This document shows positions 44,169 through 58,309 of a DNA stretch of 64,000 bases, in pieces. A program made the position numbers and the translations under genes. This DNA is from Eledone cirrhosa (lineage: Eukaryota). The DNA lies in NCBI GenBank assembly GCA_964016885.1, contig OZ024760.1, positions 30,566,001 to 30,630,000 on the forward strand. Reading direction: 5' to 3'. How positions within the stretch are numbered: position 1 is the first letter of the stretch; the number at the start of each line of letters is the position of its first letter. The notes below the pieces were generated by a model. It saw only the letters and a list, made by a program, of their open reading frames with translations, made no database searches and had not been told where the DNA came from.

Positions 44169-47100
44169 TAATGTAATGTAATGTAATGTAATGTAATGTA
44201 ATGTAGTGTAATATAATGTAATATAATGTAATGTGTAATGTAATGTAATGTAATGTAATGTGTAATGTAATGTAATGTAATGTAATGTGTAATGTAATGT
44301 AATGTAACGTAATGTAATGTAATGTAATGTAATGTGTAATGTAATGTAATGTAATGTAATATAATGTAAAGTGTAATGTATTGTAATGTAATGTAATGTG
44401 TAATGTAATGTAATGTAATGTAATGTAATATAATGTAATGTAATGTAGTGTAATGTAATGTAATGTAGTGTAATATAATGTAATATAATGTAATGTGTAA
44501 TGTAATGTAATGTAATGTAATGTGTAATGTAATGTAATGTAATGTAATGTGTAATGTAATGTAATGTAATGTAATGTAATGTGTAATGTAATGTAATGTA
44601 ATGTAATGTAATGTGTAATGTAATGTAATGTAATGTAATGTAATGTAATGTGTAATGTAATGTAATGTAATGTAATGTAATGTGTAATGTAATGTAATGT
44701 AATGTAATGTGTAATGTCATGTAATGTAATGTAATGTGTAATGTAATGTAATGTAATGTCATGTAATGTAATGTGTAATGTAAGGTAATGTAATGTAATG
44801 CAATGTAATGTAATGTGTAATGTAATGTAATGTAATGTAATGTAATCTAATGTAATGTAATGTATTGTAATGTAATGTGTAATGTAATGTAATGTAATGT
44901 AATGAAATGTAATGTAATGTAATGTAATGTAATGTAATGTGTAATGTAATGTAATGTAATGTAATGTGTAATTTCATTTAATGTAATGTAATGTAATGTA
45001 ATGTAATGTAATGTAGTGTAATGTAATGTGTAATGTAATGTGTAATGTAATGTAATGTAATGTAATATAATCTAATGTAATGTAATCTAATGTGTAAAGT
45101 AATGTAATGTAATATAATGTAATGAGTAATGTAATGTAATGTAATGTAATGTAATGTAATGTAATGTAATGTGTAACATAACGTAATGTAATGTAATGTA
45201 ATGTGTAATGTGTAATGTGTAATGTAATGTAATGTAATGTAATGTAATGTGTAATGTAATGTAATGTAACGTAATGTAATGTAATGTAATGTAATGTGTA
45301 ATGTAATGTAATGTAATGTAATATAATGTAAAGTGTAACGTATTGTAATGTAATGTAATGTGTAATGTAATGTAATGTAATGTAATGTAATATAATGTAA
45401 TGTAATGTAATGTAATGTAATGTAATGTAGTGTAATATAATGTAATATAATGTAATGTGTAATGTAATGTAATGTAATGTAATGTGTAATGTAATGTAAT
45501 GTAATGTAATGTGTAATGTCATGTAATGTAATGTAATGTAATGTGTAATTTAATGTAATGTAATGTATTGTAATGTAATGTAATGTAATGTAATGTAATG
45601 TAATGTAATGTAATGTAATGTAATGTAGTGTAATATAATGTAATATAATGTAATGTGTAATGTAATGTAATGTAATGTAATGTGTAATGTAATGTAATGT
45701 AATGTAATGTGTAATGTAATGTAATGTAACGTAATGTAATGTAATGTAATGTAATGTGTAATGTAATGTAATGTAATGTAATATAATGTAAAGTGTAATG
45801 TATTGTAATGTAATGTAATGTGTAATGTAATGTAATGTAATGTAATGTAATATAATGTAATGTAATGTAGTGTAATGTAATGTAATGTAGTGTAATATAA
45901 TGTAATATAATGTAATGTGTAATGTAATGTAATGTAATGTAATGTGTAATGTAATGTAATGTAATGTAATGTGTAATGTAATGTAATGTAATGTAATGTA
46001 ATGTGTAATGTAATGTAATGTAATGTAATGTAATGTGTAATGTAATGTAATGTAATGTAATGTAATGTAATGTGTAATGTAATGTAATGTAATGTAATGT
46101 AATGTGTAATGTAATGTAATGTAATGTAATGTGTAATGTCATGTAATGTAATGTAATGTGTAATGTAATGTAATGTAATGTCATGTAATGTAATGTGTAA
46201 TGTAAGGTAATGTAATGTAATGCAATGTAATGTAATGTGTAATGTAATGTAATGTAATGTAATGTAATCTAATGTAATGTAATGTATTGTAATGTAATGT
46301 GTAATGTAATGTAATGTAATGTAATGAAATGTAATGTAATGTAATGTAATGTAATGTAATGTGTAATGTAATGTAATGTAATGTAATGTGTAATTTCATT
46401 TAATGTAATGTAATGTAATGTAATGTAATGTAATGTAGTGTAATGTAATGTGTAATGTAATGTGTAATGTAATGTAATGTAATGTAATATAATCTAATGT
46501 AATGTAATCTAATGTGTAAAGTAATGTAATGTAATATAATGTAATGAGTAATGTAATGTAATGTAATGTAATGTAATGTAATGTAATGTAATGTGTAACA
46601 TAACGTAATGTAATGTAATGTAATGTGTAATGTGTAATGTGTAATGTAATGTAATGTAATGTAATGTAATGTGTAATGTAATGTAATGTAACGTAATGTA
46701 ATGTAATGTAATGTAATGTGTAATGTAATGTAATGTAATGTAATATAATGTAAAGTGTAACGTATTGTAATGTAATGTAATGTGTAATGTAATGTAATGT
46801 AATGTAATGTAATATAATGTAATGTAATGTAATGTAATGTAATGTAATGTAGTGTAATATAATGTAATATAATGTAATGTGTAATGTAATGTAATGTAAT
46901 GTAATGTGTAATGTAATGTAATGTAATGTAATGTGTAATGTCATGTAATGTAATGTAATGTAATGTGTAATTTAATGTAATGTAATGTATTGTAATGTAA
47001 TGTAATGTAATGTAATGTAATGTAATGTAATGTAATGTAATGTAATGTAGTGTAATATAATGTAATATAATGTAATGTGTAATGTAATGTAATGTAATGT

Positions 47101-48471
47101 AATGTGTAATGTAATGTAATGTAATGTAATGTGTAATGTAATGTAATGTAACGTAATGTAATGTAATGTAATGTAATGTGTAATGTAATGTAATGTAATG
47201 TAATATAATGTAAAGTGTAATGTATTGTAATGTAATGTAATGTGTAATGTAATGTAATGTAATGTAATGTAATATAATGTAATGTAATGTAGTGTAATGT
47301 AATGTAATGTAGTGTAATATAATGTAATATAATGTAATGTGTAATGTAATGTAATGTAATGTAATGTGTAATGTAATGTAATGTAATGTAATGTGTAATG
47401 TAATGTAATGTAATGTAATGTAATGTGTAATGTAATGTAATGTAATGTAATGTAATGTGTAATGTAATGTAATGTAATGTAATGTAATGTAATGTGTAAT
47501 GTAATGTAATGTAATGTAATGTAATGTGTAATGTAATGTAATGTAATGTAATGTGTAATGTCATGTAATGTAATGTAATGTGTAATGTAATGTAATGTAA
47601 TGTCATGTAATGTAATGTGTAATGTAAGGTAATGTAATGTAATGCAATGTAATGTAATGTGTAATGTAATGTAATGTAATGTAATGTAATCTAATGTAAT
47701 GTAATGTATTGTAATGTAATGTGTAATGTAATGTAATGTAATGTAATGAAATGTAATGTAATGTAATGTAATGTAATGTAATGTGTAATGTAATGTAATG
47801 TAATGTAATGTGTAATTTCATTTAATGTAATGTAATGTAATGTAATGTAATGTAATGTAGTGTAATGTAATGTGTAATGTAATGTGTAATGTAATGTAAT
47901 GTAATGTAATATAATCTAATGTAATGTAATCTAATGTGTAAAGTAATGTAATGTAATATAATGTAATGAGTAATGTAATGTAATGTAATGTAATGTAATG
48001 TAATGTAATGTAATGTGTAACATAACGTAATGTAATGTAATGTAATGTGTAATGTGTAATGTGTAATGTAATGTAATGTAATGTAATGTAATGTGTAATG
48101 TAATGTAATGTAACGTAATGTAATGTAATGTAATGTAATGTGTAATGTAATGTAATGTAATGTAATATAATGTAAAGTGTAACGTATTGTAATGTAATGT
48201 AATGTGTAATGTAATGTAATGTAATGTAATGTAATATAATGTAATGTAATGTAATGTAATGTAATGTAATGTAGTGTAATATAATGTAATATAATGTAAT
48301 GTGTAATGTAATGTAATGTAATGTAATGTGTAATGTAATGTAATGTAATGTAATGTGTAATGTCATGTAATGTAATGTAATGTAATGTGTAATTTAATGT
48401 AATGTAATGTATTGTAATGTAATGTAATGTAATGTAATGTAATGTAATGTAATGTAATGTAATGTAATGTA
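44169..48471. repeat. Three tandem copies of a 1422-bp higher-order unit
   Basis: TTTCAT at 44977, 46399 and 47821 (period exactly 1422). The ORF track shows identical translations at the same offset. An AATGAAATG variant recurs in each unit. Confidence 0.92.
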
Positions 48472-49648
48472 ATGTAATGTAATGTAATGTATGGTAATGT
48501 AATGTAATGTAATGTAATGTAATGTAATGTATGGTAATGTAATGTAATGTAATGTAATGTGTAATGGAATGTAATGTAATGTAATGTAATGTATTGTAAT
48601 GTAATGTAATGTGTAATGTAATGTAATGTAATATAATGTAATGTAATGTAATGTAATGTAATGTAATGTAATGTAATGTATGGTAATGTAATGTAATGTG
48701 TAATGTAAGGTAACGTAATGTAATGTAATGTGTAATGTAATGTAATGTAATGTGTAATTTAATGTAATGTAATGTATTGTAATGTAATGTAATGTAATGT
48801 AATGTAATGTAATGTAATGTAATGTAATGTAATGTAATGTAATGTAATGTAATGTAATGTAATGTAATGTATGGTAATGTAATGTAATGTAATGTAATGT
48901 GTAATGTAATGTAATGTAATGTAATGTAATGTAATGTAATGTAATGTGTAATGTAATGTAATGTAATGTAATGTAATGTAATGTGTAATGTAATGTAATG
49001 TAATGTAATGTAATGTAATATAATATAATATAATATAATATAATATAATATAATATAATATAATATAATATAACATAATATAATATGTAATGTAATGTAA
49101 TGTAATGTAATATAATGTAATGTAATGTGTAATGTAATGTAATGTAACGTAATGTAATGTAATGTAATGTGTAATGTAATGTAATGTAATGTAATGTGTA
49201 ATGTAATGTAACGTAATGTAATGTAACGTAATGTAATGTAATGTAACGTAATGTAATGTAATGTAATGTGTAATGTAATGTAATTTAATGTAATGTAATG
49301 TAATGTAATGTAATGTAATGTGTAATGTAACGTAATGTAATGTGTAATGTAATGTAATGTAATGTAATGTAATGTAATGTAATGTAATGTAACGTAATGT
49401 AACGTGTAATTTAATGTAATGTAATGTGTAATGTAATGTAATGTGTAATGTAATGTAATGTAATGTAATGTAATGTAATGTAATGTGTAATATAATGTAA
49501 TGTAATGTAATGTAATATGTAATGTAATATAATATAATATAATATAATATAATATAATATAATATAATATACTATGTAATGTAATGTAATGTAATGTAAT
49601 GTAAAGTAACGTAATGTTTAATGTAATGTAATGTGTAATGTACTGTAA

Positions 49649-49833
49649 TTTTTTCTACTTTAGGCACAAGGCCAGCAATTACCCAGTGCATTACTGGTAC
49701 TTTATTTTATCGACCCCGTAAGGATGAAAGGCAAAGTCAACTTCGGCGGGATTTGAACTCATATCGTAAAGGGACATAACTATGCTGGAAAGCATGGCGT
49801 CCGATCCTCTACCAATAATGCCAATCCACCGCC
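49649..49833 (-). mobile_element. tRNA-derived SINE-like element, full copy 4
   Basis: Two substitutions relative to copy 1 (C>T at 49742, G>T at 49762). Confidence 0.85.
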
Positions 49834-51525
49834 AATGTGTAATGTAATGTAATGTAATGTAATGTAATGTAATGTAATGTAATGTAATATAATGTAATGT
49901 AATGTAATGTAATGTAATGTAATGTCATGTAATGTAATGTAATGTAATGTAATGTAATGTAATGTAATGTAATGTGTAATGTAATGTAATGTAATGTAAT
50001 GTAATGTAATGTGTAATGTCATGTAATGTAATGTAATGTGTAATGTAATGTAATGTAATGTGTAATGTAAGGTAACGTAATGTAATGTAATGTAATGTGT
50101 AATGTAATGTAATGTAATGTGTAATTTAATGTAATGTAATGTAATGTAATGTAATGTAACGTGTAATGTAATGTAATGTAATGTAATGTAATGTAATGTA
50201 ATGTAATGTGTAATGTGTAATGTAATGTAATGTAATGTAATGTAATGTAATGTAATGTGTAATGTAACGTAATGTAATGTAATGTAATGTAATGTAATGT
50301 ATGGTAATGTAACGTAATGTAATGTGTAATGAAATGTAATGTAATGTAATGTAATGTAATGTAATGTAATCTAATGTAATGTAATGTAATGTAATGTAAT
50401 GTGTAATGTAATGTAATGTAATGTAATGTAATGTAATGTAATGTAATGTAATGTGTAATGTAATGTAATATAATATAATATAATATAATATAATATAATA
50501 TAATATAATATAATATAATATAACATAACATAATATAATATAATATGTAATGTAATGTAATGTAATGTAAAGTGTAATGTAATGTAATGTAATGTAATGT
50601 AATGTAATGTAATGTGTAATGTAATGTAATGTAATGTGTAATGTAATGTAATGTAATGTAATGTAATGTAATGTAATGTAATGTAATGTAATGTAATGTG
50701 TAATGTAATTTAATGTAATGTGTAATGTAATGTAATGTAATGTAATGTAATGGAATGTAATGTAATGGAATGTAATGTAATGTAATGTGTAATGTAATGT
50801 AATGTAATGTGTAATGTAATGTAATGTAATGTATAATGTAATGTAATGTAATGTAATGTGTAATGTCATGTAATGTAATGTGTAATGTAATGTAATGTAA
50901 TGTAATGTAATGTAATGTAATGTAATGTAATGTAATGTAATGTAATGTAATGTATAATGTAAGGTAACGTAATGTAATGTAACGTAATGTAATGTGTAAT
51001 ATAATGTAATGTAATGTAATGTGTAATGTAATGTAATGTAATGTAATGTAATGTGTAATGTAATGTAATTTAATGTAATGTAATGTAATGCAATGTGTAA
51101 GGTGTAATGTAATGTAATCTAATGTAATATATTGTAATGTGTAATGTAATGTGTAATGTAATGTAATGTAATGTAATGTGTAATGTAATGTAATGTAATG
51201 TAATGCAATGTAATGTAATGTAATGTGTAATGTAATGTAATGTGTAATGTAATGTAATATAATATAATATAATATAATATAATATAATATAATATAATAT
51301 AACATAATATAATATGTAATGTAATGTAATGTAATGTAATGTAATGTAACGTAATGTAATGTGTAATGTAATGTAATGTATAATGTAATGTAATGTAATG
51401 TAATGTAAAGTAATGTAATGTGTAACCTAATGTAATGTAATGTAATATAATGTAATGTAATGTAATGTAATGTAATGTGTAATGTGTAATGTAATGTAAT
51501 GTAATGTAATGTAATGTAATGTGTA

Positions 51526-51603
51526 ATTACTGGTACTTTATTTTATCGACCCCGTAAGGATGAAAGGCAAAGTCAACCTCGGCGGGATTTGAACTAAGAT
51601 CGT
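51526..51603 (-). mobile_element. 78-bp internal SINE fragment, copy 3
   Basis: Same sequence and breakpoints as the other two fragments; 1877 bp from the start of full copy 4. Confidence 0.85.
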
Positions 51604-54600
51604 GTAATGTGTAATGTGTAATGTGTAATGTAATGTAATGTAATGTAACGTAATGTAATGTGTAATGTAATGTAATGTAATATAATGTAATGTAATGTAA
51701 TGTAATGTAATGTAATGTAATGTAACGTAATGTAATGTGTAATGTAATGTAATGTAATGTAATGTAACGTGTAAGTTAATGTAATGTAATGTAATGTAAT
51801 GTAATGTGTAATGTAATGTGTAATGTGTAATGTGTAATGTAATGTAATGTAATGTAATGTAATGTGTAATGTAATGTAATATATAATGTAATGTAATGTA
51901 ATGTAATATAATGTAATGTAATGTAATGTAATGTAATGTAATGTATTGTAATATGTAATGTAATGTAATGTAATATAATGTGTAAGTTAATGTAATGTAA
52001 TGTAATGTAATGTAATGTAATGTAATGTAATGTAATGTAATGTAATGTGTAATGTAATGTAATGTAATGTAATGTAATGTAATGTAATGTAATGTAATGT
52101 GTAATGTAATGTAATGTAATGTAATGTAATGTAATATGTAATGTAATGTAATGTAATGTAATGTAATGTGTAATGTAATGTAATGTAATGTAATGTAATG
52201 TAATGTAATGTAATGTGTAATGTAATGTAATGTGTAACGTAATGTAATGTAATGTAATGTGTAATGTCATGTAATGTAATGTAATGTGTAATGTAATGTA
52301 ATGTAATGTAATGTAATGTGTAATGTAAGGTGATGTAATGTAATGTAATGTCATGTAATGTAATGTAATGTGTAATGTAATGTAATGTAATGTAATCTAA
52401 TGTAATGTAATGTATTGTAATGTAATGTAATGTAATGTAATGTAATGTAATGTAATGTAATGTAATGTAACGTGTAATGTAATGTAATATGTAATTTCAT
52501 GTAATTTAATGTAATGTAATGTAATGTAATGTAATGTGTAATGTATAATGTAATGTAATGTAATGTAATGTAATGTAATGTAATCTGTAATGTAATGTGT
52601 AATGTAATGTAATGTAATGTAACGTTTAATGTAACGCAATGTAATGTAATGTAATGTGTAATGTAATGTAATGTAATTTAATGTAATGTAATGTAATGTA
52701 ATGTAATGTAATGTGTAATGCGTAATGTAATGTGTAATGTAATGTAATGTAACGTAATGTAATGTAATGTAATATGTAATGTAATGTGTAATGTAATGTA
52801 ATGTAACGTAATGTAATGTAATGTGTAATGTAATGTTATGTAATGTAATGTAATGTAATGTAATGTAATGTGTAATGTAATGTAATGTGTAATGTAATGT
52901 AATGTATAATGTAATGTAATGTAATGTAATGTAATGTAATGTAATGTAATGTGTAATGTAACGTAATGTAATGTAATGTAATGTAATGTGTAATGTAATG
53001 TAATGTAATGTAATGTAATGTAATGTAATGTAATGTGTAATGTATTGTAATGTAACGTAATGTAATGTAATGTAATATGTAATGTAATGTAATGTAATGT
53101 GTAATGTAATGTGTAATGTAATGTAATGTAACGTAATGTAATGTAATGTGTAATGTAATGTAATGTTATGTAATGTAATGTAATGTAATGTAATGTAATG
53201 TAATGTAATGTAATGTAATGTAATGTAATGTAATGTAATGTAATGTAATGTAATGTAATGTAATGTAATGTGTAATGTAATGTAATGTGTAACGTAATGT
53301 AATGTATAATGTAATGTAATGTAATGTAATGTAATGTAATGTAATGTAATGTGTAACGTAATGTAATGTAATGTAATGTAATGTGTAATGTAACGTAATG
53401 CAATGTAATGTAATGTAATGTAATGTGTAATGTAATGTAATGTAATGTAATGTAATGTGTAATGTAACGTAATGTAATGTAATGTAATGTAATGTGTAAT
53501 GTAATGTAATGTAATGTAATGTAATGTAATGTAATGTAATGTGTAATGTATTGTAATGTAATGTAATATAATGTAATGTAATGTAATGTATGTGTAATGT
53601 AATGTAATGTAATGTGTAATGTGATGTAATGTAATGTAATGTGTCATGTAATGTAATGTAATGTAATGTAATGTAATGTAATGTAATGTGTAATGTAATG
53701 TAATGTAATGTAATGTATAATGTAATGTTATGTAATGTAATGTAATGTAATGTAATGTAATGTAATGTAATGTAATGTAATGTAATGTAATGTAATGTAA
53801 TGTATAATGTAAGGTAACGTAATGTAATGTAACGTAATGTAATGTGTAATATAATGTAATGTAATGTAATGTGTAATGTAACGTAATGTAATGTAATGTA
53901 ATGTGTATTGTAATGTAATGTAATGTAATGTAATGTAATGTAATGTAATGTAATGTAATGTGTAAGGTGTAATGTAATGTAATGTAATGTAATATAATGT
54001 AATGTGTAATGTAATGTAATGTAATGTGTAATGTAATGTAATGTAATGTGTAATGTAATGTAATGTAATGTAATGTAATGTGTAATGTAATGTAATGTAA
54101 TGTAATGTAATGTAATGTAATGTAATGTAATGTGGAATGTAATGTAATGTAATGGGTAATGTAATGTAATGTAATATAATATAATATAATATAATATAAT
54201 ATAATATAATATAATATAATATAACATAATATAATATGTAATGTAATGTAATGTAATGTAATGTAATGTAATGTGTAATGTCATGTAATGTAATGTAATG
54301 TAATGTAATATAATGTAATGTAATGTAATGTAATGTAATGTAATGTAATGTAATGTGTAATGTAAGGTAACGTAATGTAATGTAATGTAATGTAATGTGT
54401 AATGTAATGTAATGTAATGTAATGTAATGTAATGTATAATGTAAGGTAACGTAATGTAATGTAACGTAATGTAATGTGTAATATAATGTAATGTAATGTA
54501 ATGTGTAATGTAACGTAATGTAATGTAATGTAATGTAATGTGTATTGTAATGTAATGTAATGTAATGTAATGTAATGTAATGTAATGTAATGTGTAATGT

Positions 54601-57600
54601 AATGTAATGTAATGTAATGTAATGTGAAATATAATGTAATGTAATGTAATGTAATATAATGTGTAACGTAATGTAATGTGTAATGTAATGTAATGTAATG
54701 TAATGTAATGTAATGTGTAATGTAATTTAATGTAATGTAATGTGTAATGTAATGTAATGTAATGTAATGTAATATAATGTAATGTAATGTGTAATGTAAT
54801 GTAATGTAATGTAATGTGTAATGTAATGTAATGTAATGTAATGTAATGTGTAATGTAATGTAATGTAACGTAATGTAATGTGTAATGTCATGTCATGTAA
54901 TGTAATGTAATGTGTAATGTAATGTAATGTAATGTAATATGTAATGTAAGGTAACGTAATGTAATGTAATGTAATGTAATGTAATGTGTAATGTAATGTA
55001 ATGTAATGTAATGTGTAATTTAATGTAATGTAATGAAATGTAATGTAACGTAATGTTTAATGTAATGTAATGTAATGTGTAATGTGTAATGTAATGTAAT
55101 GTAATGTAATGTAATGTGTAATGTAATGTAATGTAATGTAATGTAATGTATGGTAATGTAATGTAATGTAATGTGTAATGTAATGTAATGTAATGTAATG
55201 TAATGTAATGTAATGTAATGTAAGTAATGTACTGTGTAATGTCATGTAATGTAATATGAAGTGTAATGTAATGTAATGTAATGTAAAGTAATGTAACGTG
55301 TAATGTAACGTAATGTAATGTAATCTAACGTGTAATGTAATGTAATGTAATGTAATGTAATGTAATGTAATGTGTAAAGTAATGTAATGTAATATAATGT
55401 AACGTGTAATGTAATGTAATGTAATGTAATGTAATCTAATGTAATGTAATGTAATGTGTAATGTAATGTGTAATGTAATGTAATGTACTGTGTAATGTCA
55501 TGTAATGTAATATGAAGTGTAATGTAATGTAATGTAATGTAATGTAACGTGAATATGTAACGTAATGTAATGTAATGTAATGTAATGTAATGTAATGTAA
55601 TGTAATGTAATGTAATGTCTAGTGTAATGTAACGTAATGTAATGTAATGTGTAATGTAATGTAATGTAATGTAATGTGTAATGTAATGTGTAATGTAATG
55701 TAATGTAATGTAATGTAATGTAATGTAATGTAATGTAATGTGTAATGTAATGTGTAATGTAATGTAATGTAACGTAATGTAATGTAATGTAACGTAATGT
55801 AATGTAATGTGTAATATAATGTAATGTAATGTAATTTAATGTAATGTAATGTGTAATGTAATGTAATGTGTAATGTAATGTAATGTATAATGTAATGTAA
55901 TGTAATGTAATGTAACGTAATGTAATGTAATGTAATGTAATGTAATGTAATGTAATGTGTAATGTAATGTAATGTGATGTAATATGTAATGTAATGTAAT
56001 GTAATGTAATGTAATGTAATGTAATGTAATATAATGTAATGTAATATAATGTAATGTAATGTGTAATGTAATGTAATGTAATGCAATGTAATGTAATATA
56101 ATGTGTAATGTAATGTAATGTAATGTAATGTGTCATGTAATGTAATGTAATGTGTAATGTAATGTAATGTAATGTAATGTGTAATGTAAGGTAACGTAAT
56201 GTAATGTAATGTAATGTGTAATGTAATGTAATGTAAAGTAATGTGTAATGTAATGTAATGTAATGTAACGTAATGTAATGTAATGTAATGTGTAATGTAA
56301 TGTAATGTAATGTAATGTAATGTAATGTAATGTGTAATGTAATGTAATGTAATGTAATGTAACGTAATGTAATGTAATGTAATGTAATGTAATGTAACGT
56401 GTAATGTAATGTAATGTAATGTAATGTAATGAGTAAGGTAATGTGTAATGTAATGTAATGTAATGTAATGTAATGTGTAATGTAATGTAATGTAATGTAA
56501 TGTAATGTGTAATGTAATGTAATGTAATGTAATGTAATGTGTAATGTAATGTAATGTAATGTAATGTAATGTAATGTGTAATGTAATGTAATGTAATGTA
56601 ATGTGTAATGTAATGTAATGTAATGTAATGTGTAATGTCATGTAATGTAATGTAATGTGTAATGTAATGTAATGTAATGTCATGTAATGTAATGTGTAAT
56701 GTAAGGTAATGTAATGTAATGCAATGTAATGTAATGTGTAATGTAATGTAATGTAATGTGTAATTTCACTTAATGTCATGTAATGTAATGTAATGTAATG
56801 TGTAATGTCATGTAATGTAATGTAATGTGTAATGTAATGTAATGTAATGTAATGTCATGTAATGTAATGTGTAATGTAATGTAATGTAATGTAATGTAAT
56901 ATAATCTAATGTAATGTAATCTAATGTGTAAAGTAATGTAATGTAATATAATGAGTAATGTAATGTAATGTAATGTAATGTAATGTAATGTAATGTGTAA
57001 CGTAACGTAATGTAATGTGTAATGTGTAATGTGTAATGTAATGTAATGTAATGTAATGTAATGTGTAATGTAATGTAATGTAACGTAATGTAATGTAATG
57101 TAATGTAATGTGTAATGTAATGTAATATAATGTAAAGTGTAACGTAATGTAATGTAATGTAATGTGTAATGTAATGTAATGTAATGTAATGTAATATAAT
57201 GTAATGTAATGTAATGTAATATAATGTAATGTAATGTAATGTAGTGTAATATAATGTAATATAATGTAATGTGTAATGTAATGTAATGTAATGTAATGTG
57301 TAATGTCATGTAATGTAATGTGTAATGTAAGGTAACGTAATGTAATGTAATGTAATGTGTAATTTAATGTAATGTAATGTAACGTAATGTGTAATGTAAT
57401 GTAATGTAATGTAATGTAATGTGTAATGTAATGTAATGTAATGTAATGTGTAATGGAATGTAATGTACTGTAATGTGTAATGGAATGTAATGTAATGTAA
57501 TGTAATGTAATGTGTAATGTAATGTAATGTAATGTAATGTAATGTAATGTAATGTGTAATGTAATGTAATGTAATGTAATATAATATAATATAATATAAT

Positions 57601-58099
57601 ATAATATAATATAATATAATATAACATAATATAATATAATATAATATGTAATGTAATGTAATGTAATGTAATGTAATGTGTAATGTAATGTAATGTAATG
57701 TAATGTAATGTAATGTGTAATGTAATGTAATGTAATGTAATATGTAATGTAATGTAACGTAATGTAATGTAATGTAACGTAATGTAATGTAATGTAATGT
57801 GTAATGTAATGTAATTTAATGTTATGTAATGTAATGTAATGTAATGTAATGTAATGTAATGTGTAATGTAACGTAATGTAATGTGTAATGTAATGTAATG
57901 TGTAATTTAATGTAATGTAATGTGTAATGTAATGTAATGTAATGTGTAATGTAATGTAATGTAATGTAATGTAATGTGTAATATAATGTAATGTAACGTA
58001 ATGTTTAATGTAATGTAATGTAATGTAATGTAATGTAATGTGTAATATAATGTAATGTAACGTAATGTTTAATGTAATGTAATGTGTAATGTACTGTAA

Positions 58100-58284
58100 T
58101 TTTTTCTACTTTAGGCACAAGGCCAGCAATTACCCAGTGCATTACTGGTACTTTATTTTATCGACCCCGTAAGGATGAAAGGCAAAGTCAACCTCGGCGG
58201 GATTTGAACTCAGATCGTAAAGGGACATAACTATGCTGGAAAGCATGGCGTCCGACCCTCTACCAATACTGCCAATCCACCGCC
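58100..58284 (-). mobile_element. tRNA-derived SINE-like element, full copy 5
   Basis: Two private substitutions (T>C at 58256; A>C at 58269, which makes the A box TGGCAGTATTGG). Confidence 0.85.
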
Positions 58285-58309
58285 AATGTGTAATGTAATG
58301 TAATGTGTA

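Larger units (their letters stand above)
48400..54660. repeat. Dispersed, more diverged copy of the SINE-containing block seen at about 18.9-24.9 kb
   Basis: Same marker order: TATGG/GGAATG cluster, AATAT islands, full SINE, double GGAATG, AACCTAATG, SINE fragment, AAGTTAAT, AACGTTTAAT..GCAAT, GTGAAATATA (about 54624). Confidence 0.85.

Noticed and set aside
13724-58284. CRISPR-like array or spacer-acquisition system
   Set aside because: The inserts are near-identical copies of one element rather than unique spacers. Spacing is kilobases and irregular, and there are no cas or other genes.
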